Source: Tubulanus polymorphus (taxonomy: Eukaryota > Animalia > Nemertea). From it: a stretch of DNA of 64,000 nt. The stretch's first letter is position 1. Every line of letters begins with the position of its first letter. A program made the position numbers and the translations under genes. The stretch lies in contig NC_134025.1 of assembly GCF_964204645.1 (NCBI RefSeq), forward strand, positions 5,766,001 to 5,830,000, written 5' to 3'. Below are positions 47,101-62,100 of the stretch, piece by piece. Below the pieces are notes generated by a model that was not told where the DNA came from, made no database searches, and saw nothing but the letters and a program-made list of their open reading frames with translations.

Positions 47101-50100
47101 TGTTTCTCCTCAAAATATCTATTCGTTATTCTATCCAAAGTAAAATTACCATTGATAGGCTGGCCTGGATCCTCGCTTTGTTCTGAATTCAACATCTCCA
47201 TGTTTCGATGATATTTCTTGACAGGATGAACAGTTGAACCTTTACTTGAGTAATCATCGAAGTTATACATTCGAGTAGCCATACGATAGAGTGTAACGCT
47301 GTAGATATTCTTAGACCAACCATAACGACGGAACAAAACCTATAAATAAATGAGAAATAACAAATCTTCACTACTGGGTCTCTAAACTTAGGGTTTTACT
47401 GTTACTGTTTGTTTTACTCACCAAAATGATAATTATCAAGATTATAACGAGGACAAATGCCATGAGTAAAACAGCGATCATTTCCCAGTCTGGGGTTTGA
47501 AGTATGTTGTTATCAAGGGAAATACTATTCTGGACAATATTTGTAGCAGTTGGTGGGAAGAATGGTCCTGTAGTGGCACATTGAACGTTTGGTGGCATCA
47601 CCGAAATATACTGAAATGAAAGAAATATCCAGAATCAGATTCATCATATTCCATACTAATATCATTACACTGAATCTTAAGAATATATATTATTTTTACC
47701 ATTTTTTTGTTCAGGTTGGAACTCAGATAGAAAACGTAAACACCACCTTCGGTAAATTTATACGAGAACAGAGTCGAAGTTGATGACGCAAGAGCCATTT
47801 GCTCAGCCAAATTTCGGAAACCACCATAATCAAATTTCGAGTTGGTGTTGTACAGATTATTCCTGAAAGGAAAATGGATGTGAGCTCATCACATATAACG
47901 AATAATCAAAAATATCTCATTCTTGTTTAGAAACATACTTGTCATAAATTGGATAATGCTCATTTGAAACTATCATGAACAACATCTCTCCATTTTCAAG
48001 GCAAATTGATGGATTTTTTATTCCTGACAGTATATTCGTTGGAGAAGATGGGGTGGTTGCAGACAGCAGACGTCTTCGTGTCTGAAAACCGCCGACAGGA
48101 TTATTGGTATAGTTTCCAGTCACAGTGCCTTTAGCATTCGATAACAATACTGATTGCAAGCTATCGGGATCAGGATCATATCCTCCAGTGATTCCATCAC
48201 TACCCATTTCCATAAAGTAGATCGCATTTGACGTATTTGATAGTGAATCACATTGACTTTTGCTGATCGAGTTGGCAGAATTGATCACTCGGTCCATATT
48301 GGATGATGGAATCTCAAACTGTAGAAAACAATTAATTCGTCAGTGATGTGGATTTGTTATTTCGCATTTTAACATCATTCTATCGAATAATGATTGTGTC
48401 ACCTTATTTGTGCCATTACGATCAGTAATACGAATGAATGGTTCCAATGGAGGTTCAGGACAATGGAAGGTAGCTCGGTTCTTCTGAGATTGACGGCATG
48501 ATGCATCACACACTTGTTCTAGGTCTTGTACTTTACACTTACATAAACCAAGCGTTCGATCATATCCAACATAGTCGGATGGTTGATCACAGAACTGTAA
48601 AACAACATAAATGTCAATTTAGCGTGGAAATCAATTTGGAGACAAGAAATGAATGTTGAATTTCACCGACCTTTTCACGACAATAGGTAACCCATTGTGA
48701 GTCTGTCATACACTGCCCATCTTGGGATCGATAACTGCCCTCTGCACATAGGTCATACACAATTTTGACACAGTCTTGTTCGCGGCCATCCATCGTTTGG
48801 TATCCAGCCTGACATGGACATGTTCTATCACTTGGCTGAAAAATCAAACATCCGGATATAAATACAGGCAAACCTACTTCATCCCTGATGTTCTTTAGTC
48901 CAATTTTAGTACTGATACCATCGATACACATACCTGGAAATCTCTGCCAGCTCCTGTGCACACGCAGGTACTCTGTCCAGTTTTAGTCTGTGCCGAATCA
49001 CCACCACAAGGGAAACAACTTTTCTGAGCAACAAGATGATTGAAATAATTGACAGGGCAGAGTAAACAGTCTACGAGACCTTCAGCTCTTTCACTAGGGC
49101 TGTACGTTCCAGGTGGACAAACAAGAGGATAAGAGGAAGACTTAGGGCAGTAGTAGCCTGAAATTGAAACATATTATAACATCATATTCTATACACAATT
49201 AGTGACAACATACCTATAATGAACTAGTTCAGAGTCTAATATTACCTGCAGGGCAAGGGTAGGAATTGGTTGAGTTGAACCCAAAAACTGCACTACTATT
49301 ACCCAAAGGCTCATCAGTAGTAGCAACAGCTTTACAAACAATGCCTGCTCTACAGGGACGACATGTTTTCCGATCAGCATCATTTCCGTATGTACCAGGT
49401 TTACAAGGCTCACATGTATCGCTGAATGTGGCACGAGGAGATCCATCATATTCTTTATATCCGAGAGGACACTTTTGAGGTTCTTTGGCACCTGAAAAAG
49501 TATTGATGAACATCTTAAGTTTCCACAATTGAGTGGCTTATAATCTATGGTTTCGAAAATGAACTGTACAAACCAGGACTTGTCCCATTGCAATCAAATC
49601 CACCGCAGTAATGACCAGCAGGACATGGTCGAGGGTAACTCGATCCCAGAGGACAATAGAAACCAGGTGGACATGGTTTTTGAGTTTCAGAGTTGTTACA
49701 ATAATATCCCGGTTGACAGATGGTTTGATTCGACGAACCCGGGGGACAGAAATATCCATCATCACAATCCACTCCAACAACAGTAGCATTTGGATCAGGA
49801 CAATAGAATCCAGCTGGACAAGAGAAGCAATCCGAGACAGGACCGGCACCGACTATATCCCTAAAAATATAATCAGTAAATCATTAAGCTAATAGGATTC
49901 ATTGCATTGAAAAAACAACCACAAAATAGATACAAATATTACCTATATGTTCCTGCAGGACATGGCTCTGGACCGTATGTTGCTTCTGTACAGTAATATC
50001 CAGGTGGACACGGACTTATTGTATAGTTTGACATAGCTTCTAAGTTGCACCAGTATCCTGCCGGGCAAGGTTTACACCAAGTTGAATTCTCAGCCCCTTC

Positions 50101-53100
50101 CAAATCATTATAAGTACGAAGTGGACAAGGCGTCATGGGCTGATTGAAAGCGCAGTAGTAGCCAGGGGTGCACATCTTAGCGAAAGTGGAATTTGCCGGG
50201 CATATTCGACCAGCGGGACAAACATCGCACTCAGCAGCGGATTTGGCGCCTTCAAAGTCAATTACTTTTCCAGGTGGACAGGTTTGTGGAATTTTCGTTC
50301 CTGAAGTAATAGACAGTAAATTCTAATTGCATGTCTATAGTATAGTATAGAATATTGCACTGATCAATATTTTTCAAATAACAGGTTTTTCTTACCTGCT
50401 GGACAATAGAACCCTCGAGGACAGAGTGAACCAATCGTCGTATCATTTCCATCAGGATTTGGTACCGAGTTGAAGCGGCGACAAAAGTAACCAGCGGTAC
50501 AATCTCCAGCTGTCCTACCACCAACACAATACATGCCTACATGAAAATATGAATCGAGAATAAATTAAGTTCATGATGAACTGTAGGATCAAGACTTACC
50601 AATACTTTTGATACTCAAGTCTAGACTCAACTTGTACTTACCGGTTACACATTCCGAGCAATCAGACTCCTGTTCTAATCCTGTAGTCGTATTAGGTGTA
50701 TACATTCCTTTTGGACACAATATTGGATTAATGGTACCATTTGGACAGTAGGAGTGTGGTGGACATACGATTGGTTGGCTACTGTTTTGCAAGCAATAAT
50801 AGCCAGCAGGGCATGTGAGGCAGTCGATAGAGCCGGTGTATGGTTGGTAGGAGCCTGAAATAAGTAGATTTAACTTTTATATTCACAAAACAATTTTCAC
50901 TATTCATTATATGACAAATATAATACAAAAACATAAGTTTACCTGGTGGACAAGCGACTGGGAGATCTGTATTCTTGGGACAATAAAATCCTGGTGGGCA
51001 AGCATAAGCCGTTGGTCTTTCTGCTGTTATTTTGGCATTATTTGGACAATAATATCGTTCAGCACATTCTCCTGATGGTTCTATTAATGCTTCACCATCA
51101 CAATAATAACCAGACTTACATGGATAACAATCGCTTTCGGCAGTGCCCGCTGTAATATTTCTCATTGTACCCCTCGGGCAAACTGTCGCATTTACAGCAC
51201 CTGAAAAAATCATGAATGCCATCATGAATCTCCTATTCAGATGCATGGCGATAATTACAAGCTCAGCATCAAATATCTTACCTTCCAAACAGTAATGACC
51301 AACAGGGCAAGGTCCATTTATACCATCATTTGGACCAGGATGTATGGAACGAGTAACACAAAGATAACCAGCAGAACAGGGGCCAGCTGGAGCCGACAAT
51401 CCAGTTACATTACAGAATTGACCAGGTGAACAGGGTAAACATTGACTTGATTCATTCAGTGAAGTGTATGGATTGAATGAGCCTAAATACAGAAAATAAA
51501 CATGTCTAGCAAACCAAATACATCACTATCTAACACATTTGGGGATGGACCCACAATCCTATAACAAATTAAATGATTTTGAAGACCAGTCTTAAGATTT
51601 TGAGCATGTGCATGCCCTAAAACTTACCCATAGGGCAAGGTATTCCATTGTTATTAGTTCCTTCTGGGCAGTAATAGCCTTTTGGACAAGGCAATGAGGC
51701 ATTCATGCCACGAACAGGACATGTCTGGCCAGATGGACAGTTAAGACAAGCGCCTGAAAAGAAAAATCATCTTAATGAAATTTTTTAATGAAAATTTTGA
51801 AAAACTATGAGACATCTAAGACTTACCTAACTCTTCCTGAGGGGCATATGTTCCTATGTCACAAGATACCTCTTTTACAGCCCCGGCAATACAGTAGTGC
51901 CCTACAGGGCAAATGTAGCCCTTAACACCATCAGTAGGATTTGGAATATTTGACCCAGTTAGACATATAAAACCAGCATTACATGGCAAACTAAAACCTA
52001 AAATTCATTGGAAGTCATTATATTAAGTATTTCTGGACGAAATAAATGCTTTAAAAGGTTTTTTGGGGACCTGATAGATTACCTCGACTCGAACTTTCTG
52101 GAGTACAGTAGTGGCCTGGTTTACAAGGCGCGCAATCAGTGAGATTTTTGTTGCCTTTATTTGTGGCCATTGTACCATCAGGACAAGGCGTTGGTATAAA
52201 GCTGCCCTCCGGACAGTAGTTACCAATCGGACAGCGGAATTCTGGAGGATTTGGAAGCCCAATGCTGCCATTACAGTAATATCTGAAAATAAGCAGCAGT
52301 GATAAAAATTTAGTTCATATGCTTCCTTTTTACCGAACGTTTGAGTAGAATAAACCTTACCCGGCAAAACAAAGACCTTCAGCATCAGAAAGACCAGTAC
52401 TCTGACAATAATAACCCGGGGGACAAGGCTGGCATTCGCTGATGGCTGATCGATGAGTTTGATTGTTGAATGTTGTAGTTGGACACGGGAACTCATTTGC
52501 ACGTTTCGTTCCATTCGGACAATAATGACCAGTTGGACACGACATGTTTGATAGTGTAGAAACAGCAAACAAAGTATTGTCACAGAAATATCCTAAAATG
52601 ATTATAGTAGAAATTTTTGTAACCTTTGCTGAATTCAGTCTGTACTAGAAATGAATATCAAATTCTAATGTACTCAACCTACCTCCCGGACATAGTTTAC
52701 ATTCATATTGGCCTACTTCATTCTGATAGTATCCATTATTGCAGCGAGTTGGAATGGCGCTGTTAGCCAGGCAGAAATGGCCAGTTGGACACATGAAGTC
52801 ATAAGGATCCGGTGTCACTTGTCCAGGTGGGCAATAGAAACCTATAGTTTTAATATTGAAAAGATAGTCAGCAAAGTGTAGGATGCACACATAATATTCA
52901 GAATTGATTTTGTAGGGCTAGCTCAGACTTATAGCCTGAACAATTTATAGCATTGATACACATAGGACTAAATAATCACTAACCTCTTGAGCAGATTCCT
53001 GATACAGTTGATTGACCAGTTTCATTACAGAAAGATCCAGCAGTACACGGAGTACATTGAGCTTGTGACTGTAATCCAGTTCCTGCTGCAAATGTTCCAT

Positions 53101-56100
53101 TTCTACATGGCTGTGGAATATCAGTTCCGGTCGGGCAATAATGACCAGGAGGGCAAATAACTTGACGAATCGAGGTAGATGTAGGAGGACAGTACCAGCC
53201 AGCATCGCAGTCACCAGTTGGAGTCGAGAGTCCAATAGAATCACAGTATTTTCCAGCTGTACAGTTTATCATAGCAGGAGAGCCTTCTGGACAATAATAT
53301 CCAGCTTGACATTGACCTCCATTGCTGGTTGGCTAAAATGTACATATGTTATTAGCTATCTTACCCTGGTAATACTGATTTAATAGCTGAGACAAAAGAA
53401 AACATGACTTACCATTGACTTGACAGCACCAGATTCACAATACCATCCAGCAGTACAAGGAGCGGTTGGGAAAGCATTATTATACCCTTCACAATACATT
53501 CCTGGAGTACATGGCAAGCACGCCGATTGTGCTGTTTGTTTAGTCAGGTTGTTAAAAGTCCCTGGTGGGCATGGATAGCTATAAGCATCAGGGGTTTGTA
53601 GTGGACAGTAGTATCCAGATGGACAGATATTTGGAGTATAATCCGATGTATTTCCATTACAGAAGTATCCTGCAGGACAGTCCAGACAAGAACTTTCGGT
53701 TGTCAAACTTTGGTATTTACCAGAAGCACATGGTATAGGGTAATCAGTTCCTCGTGGACAGTAATGGCCTGTTGGGCAGATGTGTCCAATGATTGGGTGC
53801 ACTGTTCCAGTCGGGCACTGCGTTGAATTCAGCTCGACAGGATTTGGTCGATCTGCCCCAGATATGCAGTAGTATCCTGGTGCACAATCTGATGTCGGAG
53901 CTGTTAAATTCACTCCTAGATAATCACAAACAGAAGGTTAATATAAATCAATTTGTTCCCAATGACACCAAGGAACATATGTTTAGTAGTTTTTTAATGG
54001 TTTATATCCTATCTGTGGCCACATACCTTGACAGTATTTTCCTGCATCACAAGGTGTACATTGAATTGCAGCAGCGAGTCCAGTAGAACTGCCATATGTT
54101 CCAGCCGGACAAGACTTCCGATCATGACCAGTACCATTTGGACAGAAGAATCCTTGTGGACATGGTGAACGAGTTGTAGCAACATTACCAGCAACAACGT
54201 TTTCTGGTATACAATAAAAGCCTTCAGGACACTGTTTACAGGTCGAGGCACTACTGATATCGGTATATGAACCAGCAGCACAATCTGCAGGAGCTGGTGA
54301 ACCTTGCGGACAGTGTTTACCAATTGGACATGTTTCCTGAGTACTAATGCTAGACCCAGCTGGACAATAGTAACCTGAAGTATTAAGGTAGGAAATAAAT
54401 CAATGTCTCTAAAGCTTGAGAAGACCATAAATGTATGTAAGTGATAAATATAAAAATACATACCAGGATCACAAGGTCCGGATGTAGCAGTCAGACGGGT
54501 TTGTCCACAGTATTCACCAGGAGTACACTGTTGACACTGTGCCGCATTACTGAGACCGGTCTGGTTAGAGAATGTACCAGTAGGGCAAGCACTAGGATCT
54601 AGTGTGGCACCGACACAATACGAGCCTTCAGTACATATGAGTTCATCCGCTTGTTTGGAGCCAACCGGACAATAATATCCAGGTAAACATGGACCACTTA
54701 CAGCTGTCAATCCTTAAAGAAATGTACCGTACCATTTTATATGAAATATATCTCATAAAATGTAGTTAACTGAACTATTACAAGTTTGATTTCCTACCTT
54801 GATTTCCACAGTAATAACCTCCAGTGCAATTGAGACATTGTTCTACCTTGTGTAAACCAGGAGTGGGACTGTATGTGCCCACTGGGCATGGAATGGGAGC
54901 AGCAGTTTCTTCCGGGCAGAAGCTACCAGCAGGGCAAACATCAGCTGACACACCTGTGATTACCAGTACATAACAATCATATAAAGATTATCCACATCAT
55001 TAAGTCACTGTTATTGAACAATGCTTACCTAGTGTGGGAGCTGTCATATTAGCTTGTTCTCTACAGAAATATCCAGGAGCACAAGGTCGTAGTGGAGACG
55101 CGAGACCATCTTCATCACAAGCCATACCTCCGATACACGGGGTACACTCTGATTGGGCTGTTTTTCCTGTGGCATTATTAAATGTACCTCTAGGACATGG
55201 GTACTGATATTCATATTCCGTTCCAATGGGGCAGTAATAACCTTCCGGGCACAGATACGATCCATAGAAAATGACTGGCCCAAATGTAGCATTACAGTAA
55301 AATCCAGCTGGGCATGGTTTACATGAACTGATTCCTTGGTTATCCTACAATATATCATTTTGTTAGACAATTACCATGTACAGAGAGTACGAGCTATGTG
55401 CTTAAGAAATTACAAGGATTATTGACTGTCTGAGAGTCTGCTTACTTGGTATTCACCGGATGGACATGGCTGGGCAGCACCAAGTCCACCGATACAGAAA
55501 TGTCCAGGCGGGCATGAATAGTTTCCTGGTTTTGCAGTTATTTGACCTTCGGGGCAGTAGTGGCCAGCTGAACAATTTCCTGTTGGATTTGCGAGCCCTT
55601 CGACGTCACAATATTTTCCTGTTCAAATTTTTAAGTATATAATCATTCCAAGAACACGAGTGAGACATTTATGATATATTTCTGATATAGACTTTACCTT
55701 CAGTGCAGATCTTACAACCCGAAGGTGAAGAATTTCCTTCTGTGTCCAAATAATATCCAATACCACATGCAGTGGGTGCAGAGCTTCCCGCAGGACAATA
55801 AAATCCTCTCGGGCAGATATTGCCAGTAATGTTATCCGTAGGACTATGACCAGTTGCAGCTAGAGTGCAGTAATAACCTGTCAATTTAGAAATAAACATT
55901 ATACCGAGGAATCTGTATATGTGTCATTTAATGTCAAACAAGAGAAATATGTTTAAAATACAAAATTATTACCTTGATTACACAAAGCAGTAGGTAATGA
56001 TAACTCCTGAGTGGCACAGTATGAACCAGGAGTGCATTTTGTAGGCTGAACACTGGATTCTGGACAGAATGCACCAACTGGACACCGTCCCCCTTCTGAG

Positions 56101-59100
56101 GGATTAATCGGCATAGACTGTGTACTGCCTCCACTGCAATACCACCCAGCACTATTAATAAAGTAGATTTCAAGAATAAATTAGAGTTATGTTTCGTTTC
56201 CAATAAAAATCTTACTCAAGAGATAAAGCTTAATTCACATGACTAACCTGCAGTTATTGGTAGGATTTGTGTTACCATTTCCTTGGCAATACATTCCACC
56301 TGTACATGGTAAACAGGCTGTGGCATTTGTCTGAGTTGTTTTAGGGTTGAATGTTCCAGGAGCACATGGATACTGTGCTGAATGCTCGGTTGCCTCAGGA
56401 CAGTAGTGACCACTTGGACACGTGGTATCCAAGTAAGTTGTAGCATTTGCAAGACAGAAATATCCAGCAGGACAATTAACGCATGTAGGCTGCCCTTCTT
56501 GGTCCTGATACGTTCCCGGGGCACATCCTGTTGGTACTGTACTGCCGAGAGGACACATAAATCCTCGAGGGCAAATGTCTCCAAAACCTTCAAAAACATG
56601 AACATCATAAAAAAGAATCAAACAAATTAATCTAATCTTTTTAAGATGTATGTTAAGAGATGTTACCTGTATGGCCACCGAGAAGTGGACACGATGGTGG
56701 ATATGAACTATTTGTGTTTGAATTATCAGGATTAGGTCGATCAACACCCGACTGGCAATAATATCCCGGAGAACATAAACCAGTTACAATAGTGGCTCCT
56801 TCAACTGAACAATACCTTCCTCCATCACAATCAGTACACTGCTGAACCTATCGAAATTGAAATCAAACATCAGCAAAAATGTCGTCGCAATTTACGTGTT
56901 ATTAAGGTAGGTAATCAATTTAAAGATTACAAACCCTGTATAGGTTGGTTTGATCACTGTATGTTCCACGAGGACATGGCTGCCAATTTAATCCTGTGCC
57001 ACTCGGACAGTAGTATCCAGCCGGACAGTCATGATATCCAGACTGTGGATCACCTGCTGTAACATTTTCAGGCAGACAATAAAACCTTCAATGATAAAAC
57101 AAACATCAATTGTCAGTCATATTCGAACGGTATATACATCTGGCATATTACATGAAATACCAGTTATATAGAAAACATACAAGCACCAAGGTTTAAGTAC
57201 TATCTACTTACCCATCTGGACATATATCGCACTGCCACATTCCTGTTCTATTAGTATAGTAACCAGGTTGACATGACTTCGGCTGGTCAGATCCTGTTGG
57301 ACATTGTAAGCCAATTGGGCACACAATTGGATTGGGAACATTCGATCCCTCAGGACAGTAGTAACCTTGCTGACACAGGCCTTCAGGATCAATTAGTCCA
57401 TTCTGTTGGCAGTACCATCCAGCTGGACAAGCGGTGCAATCAGCATCTTTTGTTAGACGAGTTGCATTTGACCAAGTACCACTTTGACACTTCACAGGTG
57501 TATGGGTACCTAGAACAACAAAATGTTATATCAACATCTGAAATTTCGATTCATCTATCTAAGGGGGTTAATCATCATCTAGAATCAACATCTGATACCT
57601 TGAGGACAGTATCTTCCAGCGGGACAAATAATCTCAAAGGACGAACTAGATCCACTCGGACAGTAGAAACCTGCCGAACACTCAGCCCTTGGTGCAGTCA
57701 TAGCTAGCGAATCACAGTACCAGCCTAAATGCAAAATAAATATTCTCCATTTAACCATTCAATCTTTTTATCTGTATCAAATGACGAAGAAGCAATAGAA
57801 AAACATTACCAGCAGCGCATTGAAGGCAATCCGATTCATTTCGCAGTCCGGTCATATTTGAGAATGTAGTCACAGGACAAGAGATCGGCTCAGTTGTCTG
57901 CTGTGGACAATAGAAACCAGGTGGACAAATATTTGCGTAAATATCTTGTAAGGGTGCTGCTACACGTGCTCCAGAGCGGCAATAGTAACCAGCACTACAT
58001 GGTAATACTGGATAAATAACACCACCTCCAGGACAATAGTACCCACCTGGAAAAATATGAAATACACGTACATCATTACATTACAGATACCGGTGCATGA
58101 ACACATTGTAATCTATGTAATCATAAGAACTCTTATTCTTTCTCACCCAAACACGGCAAACATTCTGCATCACTGCGGAGACCTGTTGCATTGTTGAATG
58201 TACCGGCTGGGCATGGCCATTCAGTTGCCATCTTAGTTCCAGCTGGACAGTAATGACCCTCAGGACACTGATACAGAGTAACATTGATGACAGCGGATAA
58301 TGAATTATCGCAGTAAAAGCCAGGTAAACACTGTTTACAAGTCGATTGTCGAACATCATCCTGATAAGTTCCCGATGGACAAATCTGTGGTGAACTGGCA
58401 TTGTTGATACAGTAGTATCCAAGAGGACATTCATACCCACTTGGGTTTTGAACGGTCTGTCCCGTTGGACAATAATAACCTGAAATTGGACATGAATGGT
58501 GTTTGTAAGCTACGTTTACAAATCCATCAGGCTGAAGAAAAATTATGCCATAAGTTGTGTGTAAGTCATTCTAGACAGAAAACTGAAACTTACCATCATC
58601 GCAAGGCCCATCAACTTGTGCCAATCCACTGCTCTGACAATAATATCCAGCTGTACAAGGTATACACCAGGAATCATTTTCAGCGCGGAAACTCGGTTGA
58701 TAAAAGCCAGGTGAACAGGGTACCTCAACGCTACTACCCTCAACGCAGTAGTGTCCAGGACGACAAGAGTTTCCTTTAATAGATATTCACAGTGCCAGAT
58801 TAAGAAGTTAGAAGTAATTTATCATACAGAATGAAAATTCGCTCACCTCCATAACCATTTGGTGTAGCACGACTCGAATTACCAGAACAGTAATAACCAG
58901 CCAGACAAGGACCACGAGGAGTTGACATAAGTTCTGCATCACAATATTTACCAGGATCACAGGGTAGTGCAGCTGCACTTCCTTCAGGACAATATTCACC
59001 TACAATGATTATCATACATGTACCAGTATTCTAACCTGTTTGAATAGATCATGATTTGAATAATAAGTAAAACCTACCTAGGTAACATTTGCCTCCCTGT

Positions 59101-62100
59101 GGACTGGATGGTTGGGCGAGCCATGAACCGCTTGTACAGTACCATCCTGGATCACATGGGCCAGTTACCGCAGACATGCCTTCATTCGCACAGTAATAAC
59201 CTGGGGTACACTGTGTGCAGGATATCGGACCGGATTGAACTGAAATTTCAATTCGAAGAGATTAATGAATCAATACTTTCATGAGTTTTCTTAGAATTTA
59301 AAACTAATGAAGATAATAATTTACGTGTCAAATTGTTAAACGTTCCCTGCGGACACTTGTACTGTATATCATATTTCGTGCCATTAGGACAATAGTGACC
59401 CGATGGACAGGGTTGGTCAGTGTATGTAGTTGAATTAGCCACACAGTAATATCCTGCAGGACAATCTTTACACGAAGGCTTTCCAGTTTCATCCTACAAA
59501 ATACATAAAACTTTTGTCATCACATTATGTTTCAAACTATCATACGGTACTCTTATATTCTCATTTCGTTTCAAAGTGAAGAAACAGTTATATATGAAAA
59601 TATGAATAACCTGATATGTTCCAGCATCACAACCAATTGGATTCACAGTAGCCCCAGGACACTTGTGCCCGAGTGGACAGATTCCTCCTACACCAACATG
59701 ACTTCCAGATGGTGAACTACGATCAACACCAGTTGTACAGTAATAACCTGGATCGCAGTCTCCCACAGGGGATGTCAGGTTTGTCACATCACAGTACATG
59801 CCTCCTCTACATTGCTGACATTGACTGGAATGAGACAGTCCGAGTTCATTGCTGTAAGTTCCAGCTGGACATGGTGACCAGTTTGTTCCTGTTCCATTCG
59901 GACAGTAAAATCCACGCGGACACAAGCGATGACCTGATGATGAGTTTCCTACAAATAATAATCATCAAATAGTCTTCCAGTAATCAAAATTCAATTCATT
60001 TTGAAGGAAGCTAGGTTTTATGTTCGGTAACCTACCTGCAATAACCTCTTCAGGAACACAATAATAACCTTGTGGACACTCTAAGCAATCTGCCTGCTGC
60101 GTTAAATTGGTGAATGTACCAGGGGTACATGGTTGTGGCCGAGGACTACCAACTGGACAGTGTAAGCCTATTGTGCAAGGAGTCTCAATCGGGTTGGGAA
60201 CATCGTTTCCACCAGGGCAATAGAAACCAGCATCACAGTCACCAGTTGTTGCAGATAACCCTATAAAAGGAACATTTTCATATTACCATGAACATTCATT
60301 TTCTATCACAAAGACCTTTTAGGTTTTAGAATTTTTTCAATAGTTCATTTACCTGTACCACCACAGTATTTCCCTTCGTCGCATTGTGTACACTGAGAGA
60401 TATTGTGATTACCAAGAGCATTCGTGTAAGTTCCTCTTGGGCATGGAGTTGGATTTCCAGAACCTTCAACACAGTAGTGTCCAATGGGACAGACAGTTGT
60501 TGTAGATACATTAGATCCCAAAGGACAGTAATATCTAGAATAAAAAATAAGTATAATTTACTTCAAATTACTCTTTAAGATATAAATCTAAAATATAAAT
60601 TCACTGTAGTCATAACTTACCCGGCTGAACAAAGACCCGATGTACCAACCATGTTTACATCTGCGCAGTAACTTCCTGCAGGACACTGAACACAGTCAGT
60701 TTCCTGTTCTAATCCAGTCACATTACCATAGCTACCCTTAGGACAGGGGGTTGGGTCAGCAGTACCTTGTAGACAGTAGTATCCCAGCGGACAAATGTTA
60801 GCATCGGCTCCTTTAAAGAAAATATTCGGAACATTTTCGATCAATTAGCCAAGTCTCAGAACTGACGAAAGTACCGAATTGAGGCCAATATTACCTTGAT
60901 TAGGAGCAGAAATATTGGCATACTGCTTACAGAAATATCCAGCTGAACATAAATCAATAGGTGTCACCATACCAGGCATCGGACAGTAATATCCTCCCAA
61001 ACATGGAGAACAATCATTTTCTTGTCTTAGACCTACAAATTATGACACAAAGATGTACATGAAATTCAGATTTCAAATAGCATGTATTTGTGTATTCATT
61101 CTAAACGGCAATACAAAAATGATTTTGTGCTTTGTTCAACAATGATTTTTCCATCATCATGAATGAACAAATTACCTGTCCTATTGTTGAATGTGCCAAC
61201 CGGACATGGGCTTTCTTTACTGTATCTAGTACCAGCTGGACAGTAATAACCCATCGGACAGATAGTGGTCGAGTTATCCAGTACAACAATGTTCATAGTA
61301 TTATCGCAGAAATATCCAGCAGGACAAACTTTACACGATGGCATAGTCTCTTCATTTTGGTAGGTACCATTATCACATCGAATCGGTGCATCGACACCAG
61401 ACGGACAATAATGACCCACTGGACATCTGTAATAAGTATACAAGATACGTTACTAAAACTAGTGATTAATTCATTAACGAAATGGGTGCTCTGGAGGAAA
61501 ATTTCTTGCCTGTACTCATACGGTGCCGTTTGATTCTGACCGAGAGGACAGTAATAACCGCTAGAACAATCGGCCAATGGAAATTCACGACCAATGCCCG
61601 GACAATACTTTCCAGCAGTACATAGTTTACAGTCACTGACGTCAGTTTGTTGCGTAGCGTCGAGGTAGGAGCCGGTTGGGCATGCGGATTTATCTGCGGA
61701 ACCTTGCGGGCAGAAATGACCGACTGGACAATCATTTCCGGTTACACCATCCGTAGGAGCTGGATCGCTAGATTTCAGCAGACAATAGAAACCTGCGAGA
61801 AGAGAAATCAATAACTCAAAACCACAAATTTCTTGATAAATTACCTCCTTAAAGAAGTGTAAATACCTGCACTACATGGACCAGTAGGTAAAGCTAAACC
61901 AGCTGTCTGACAATATTTGCCCGGATCACACGGAGTCGGTTGGTAACTTCCTTCTGGACAGTAGTCACCCGGTTGACATTGGCCTCCGTCTGAAGTTGTG
62001 TTTGCTAGGCTTGAATTTACTGTGCAGTAAAAACCTTAAAATAGAAATTTTTAAGGGGAATTTATAGAAGTATTAACAACGAATCAGATATTGATACCAA

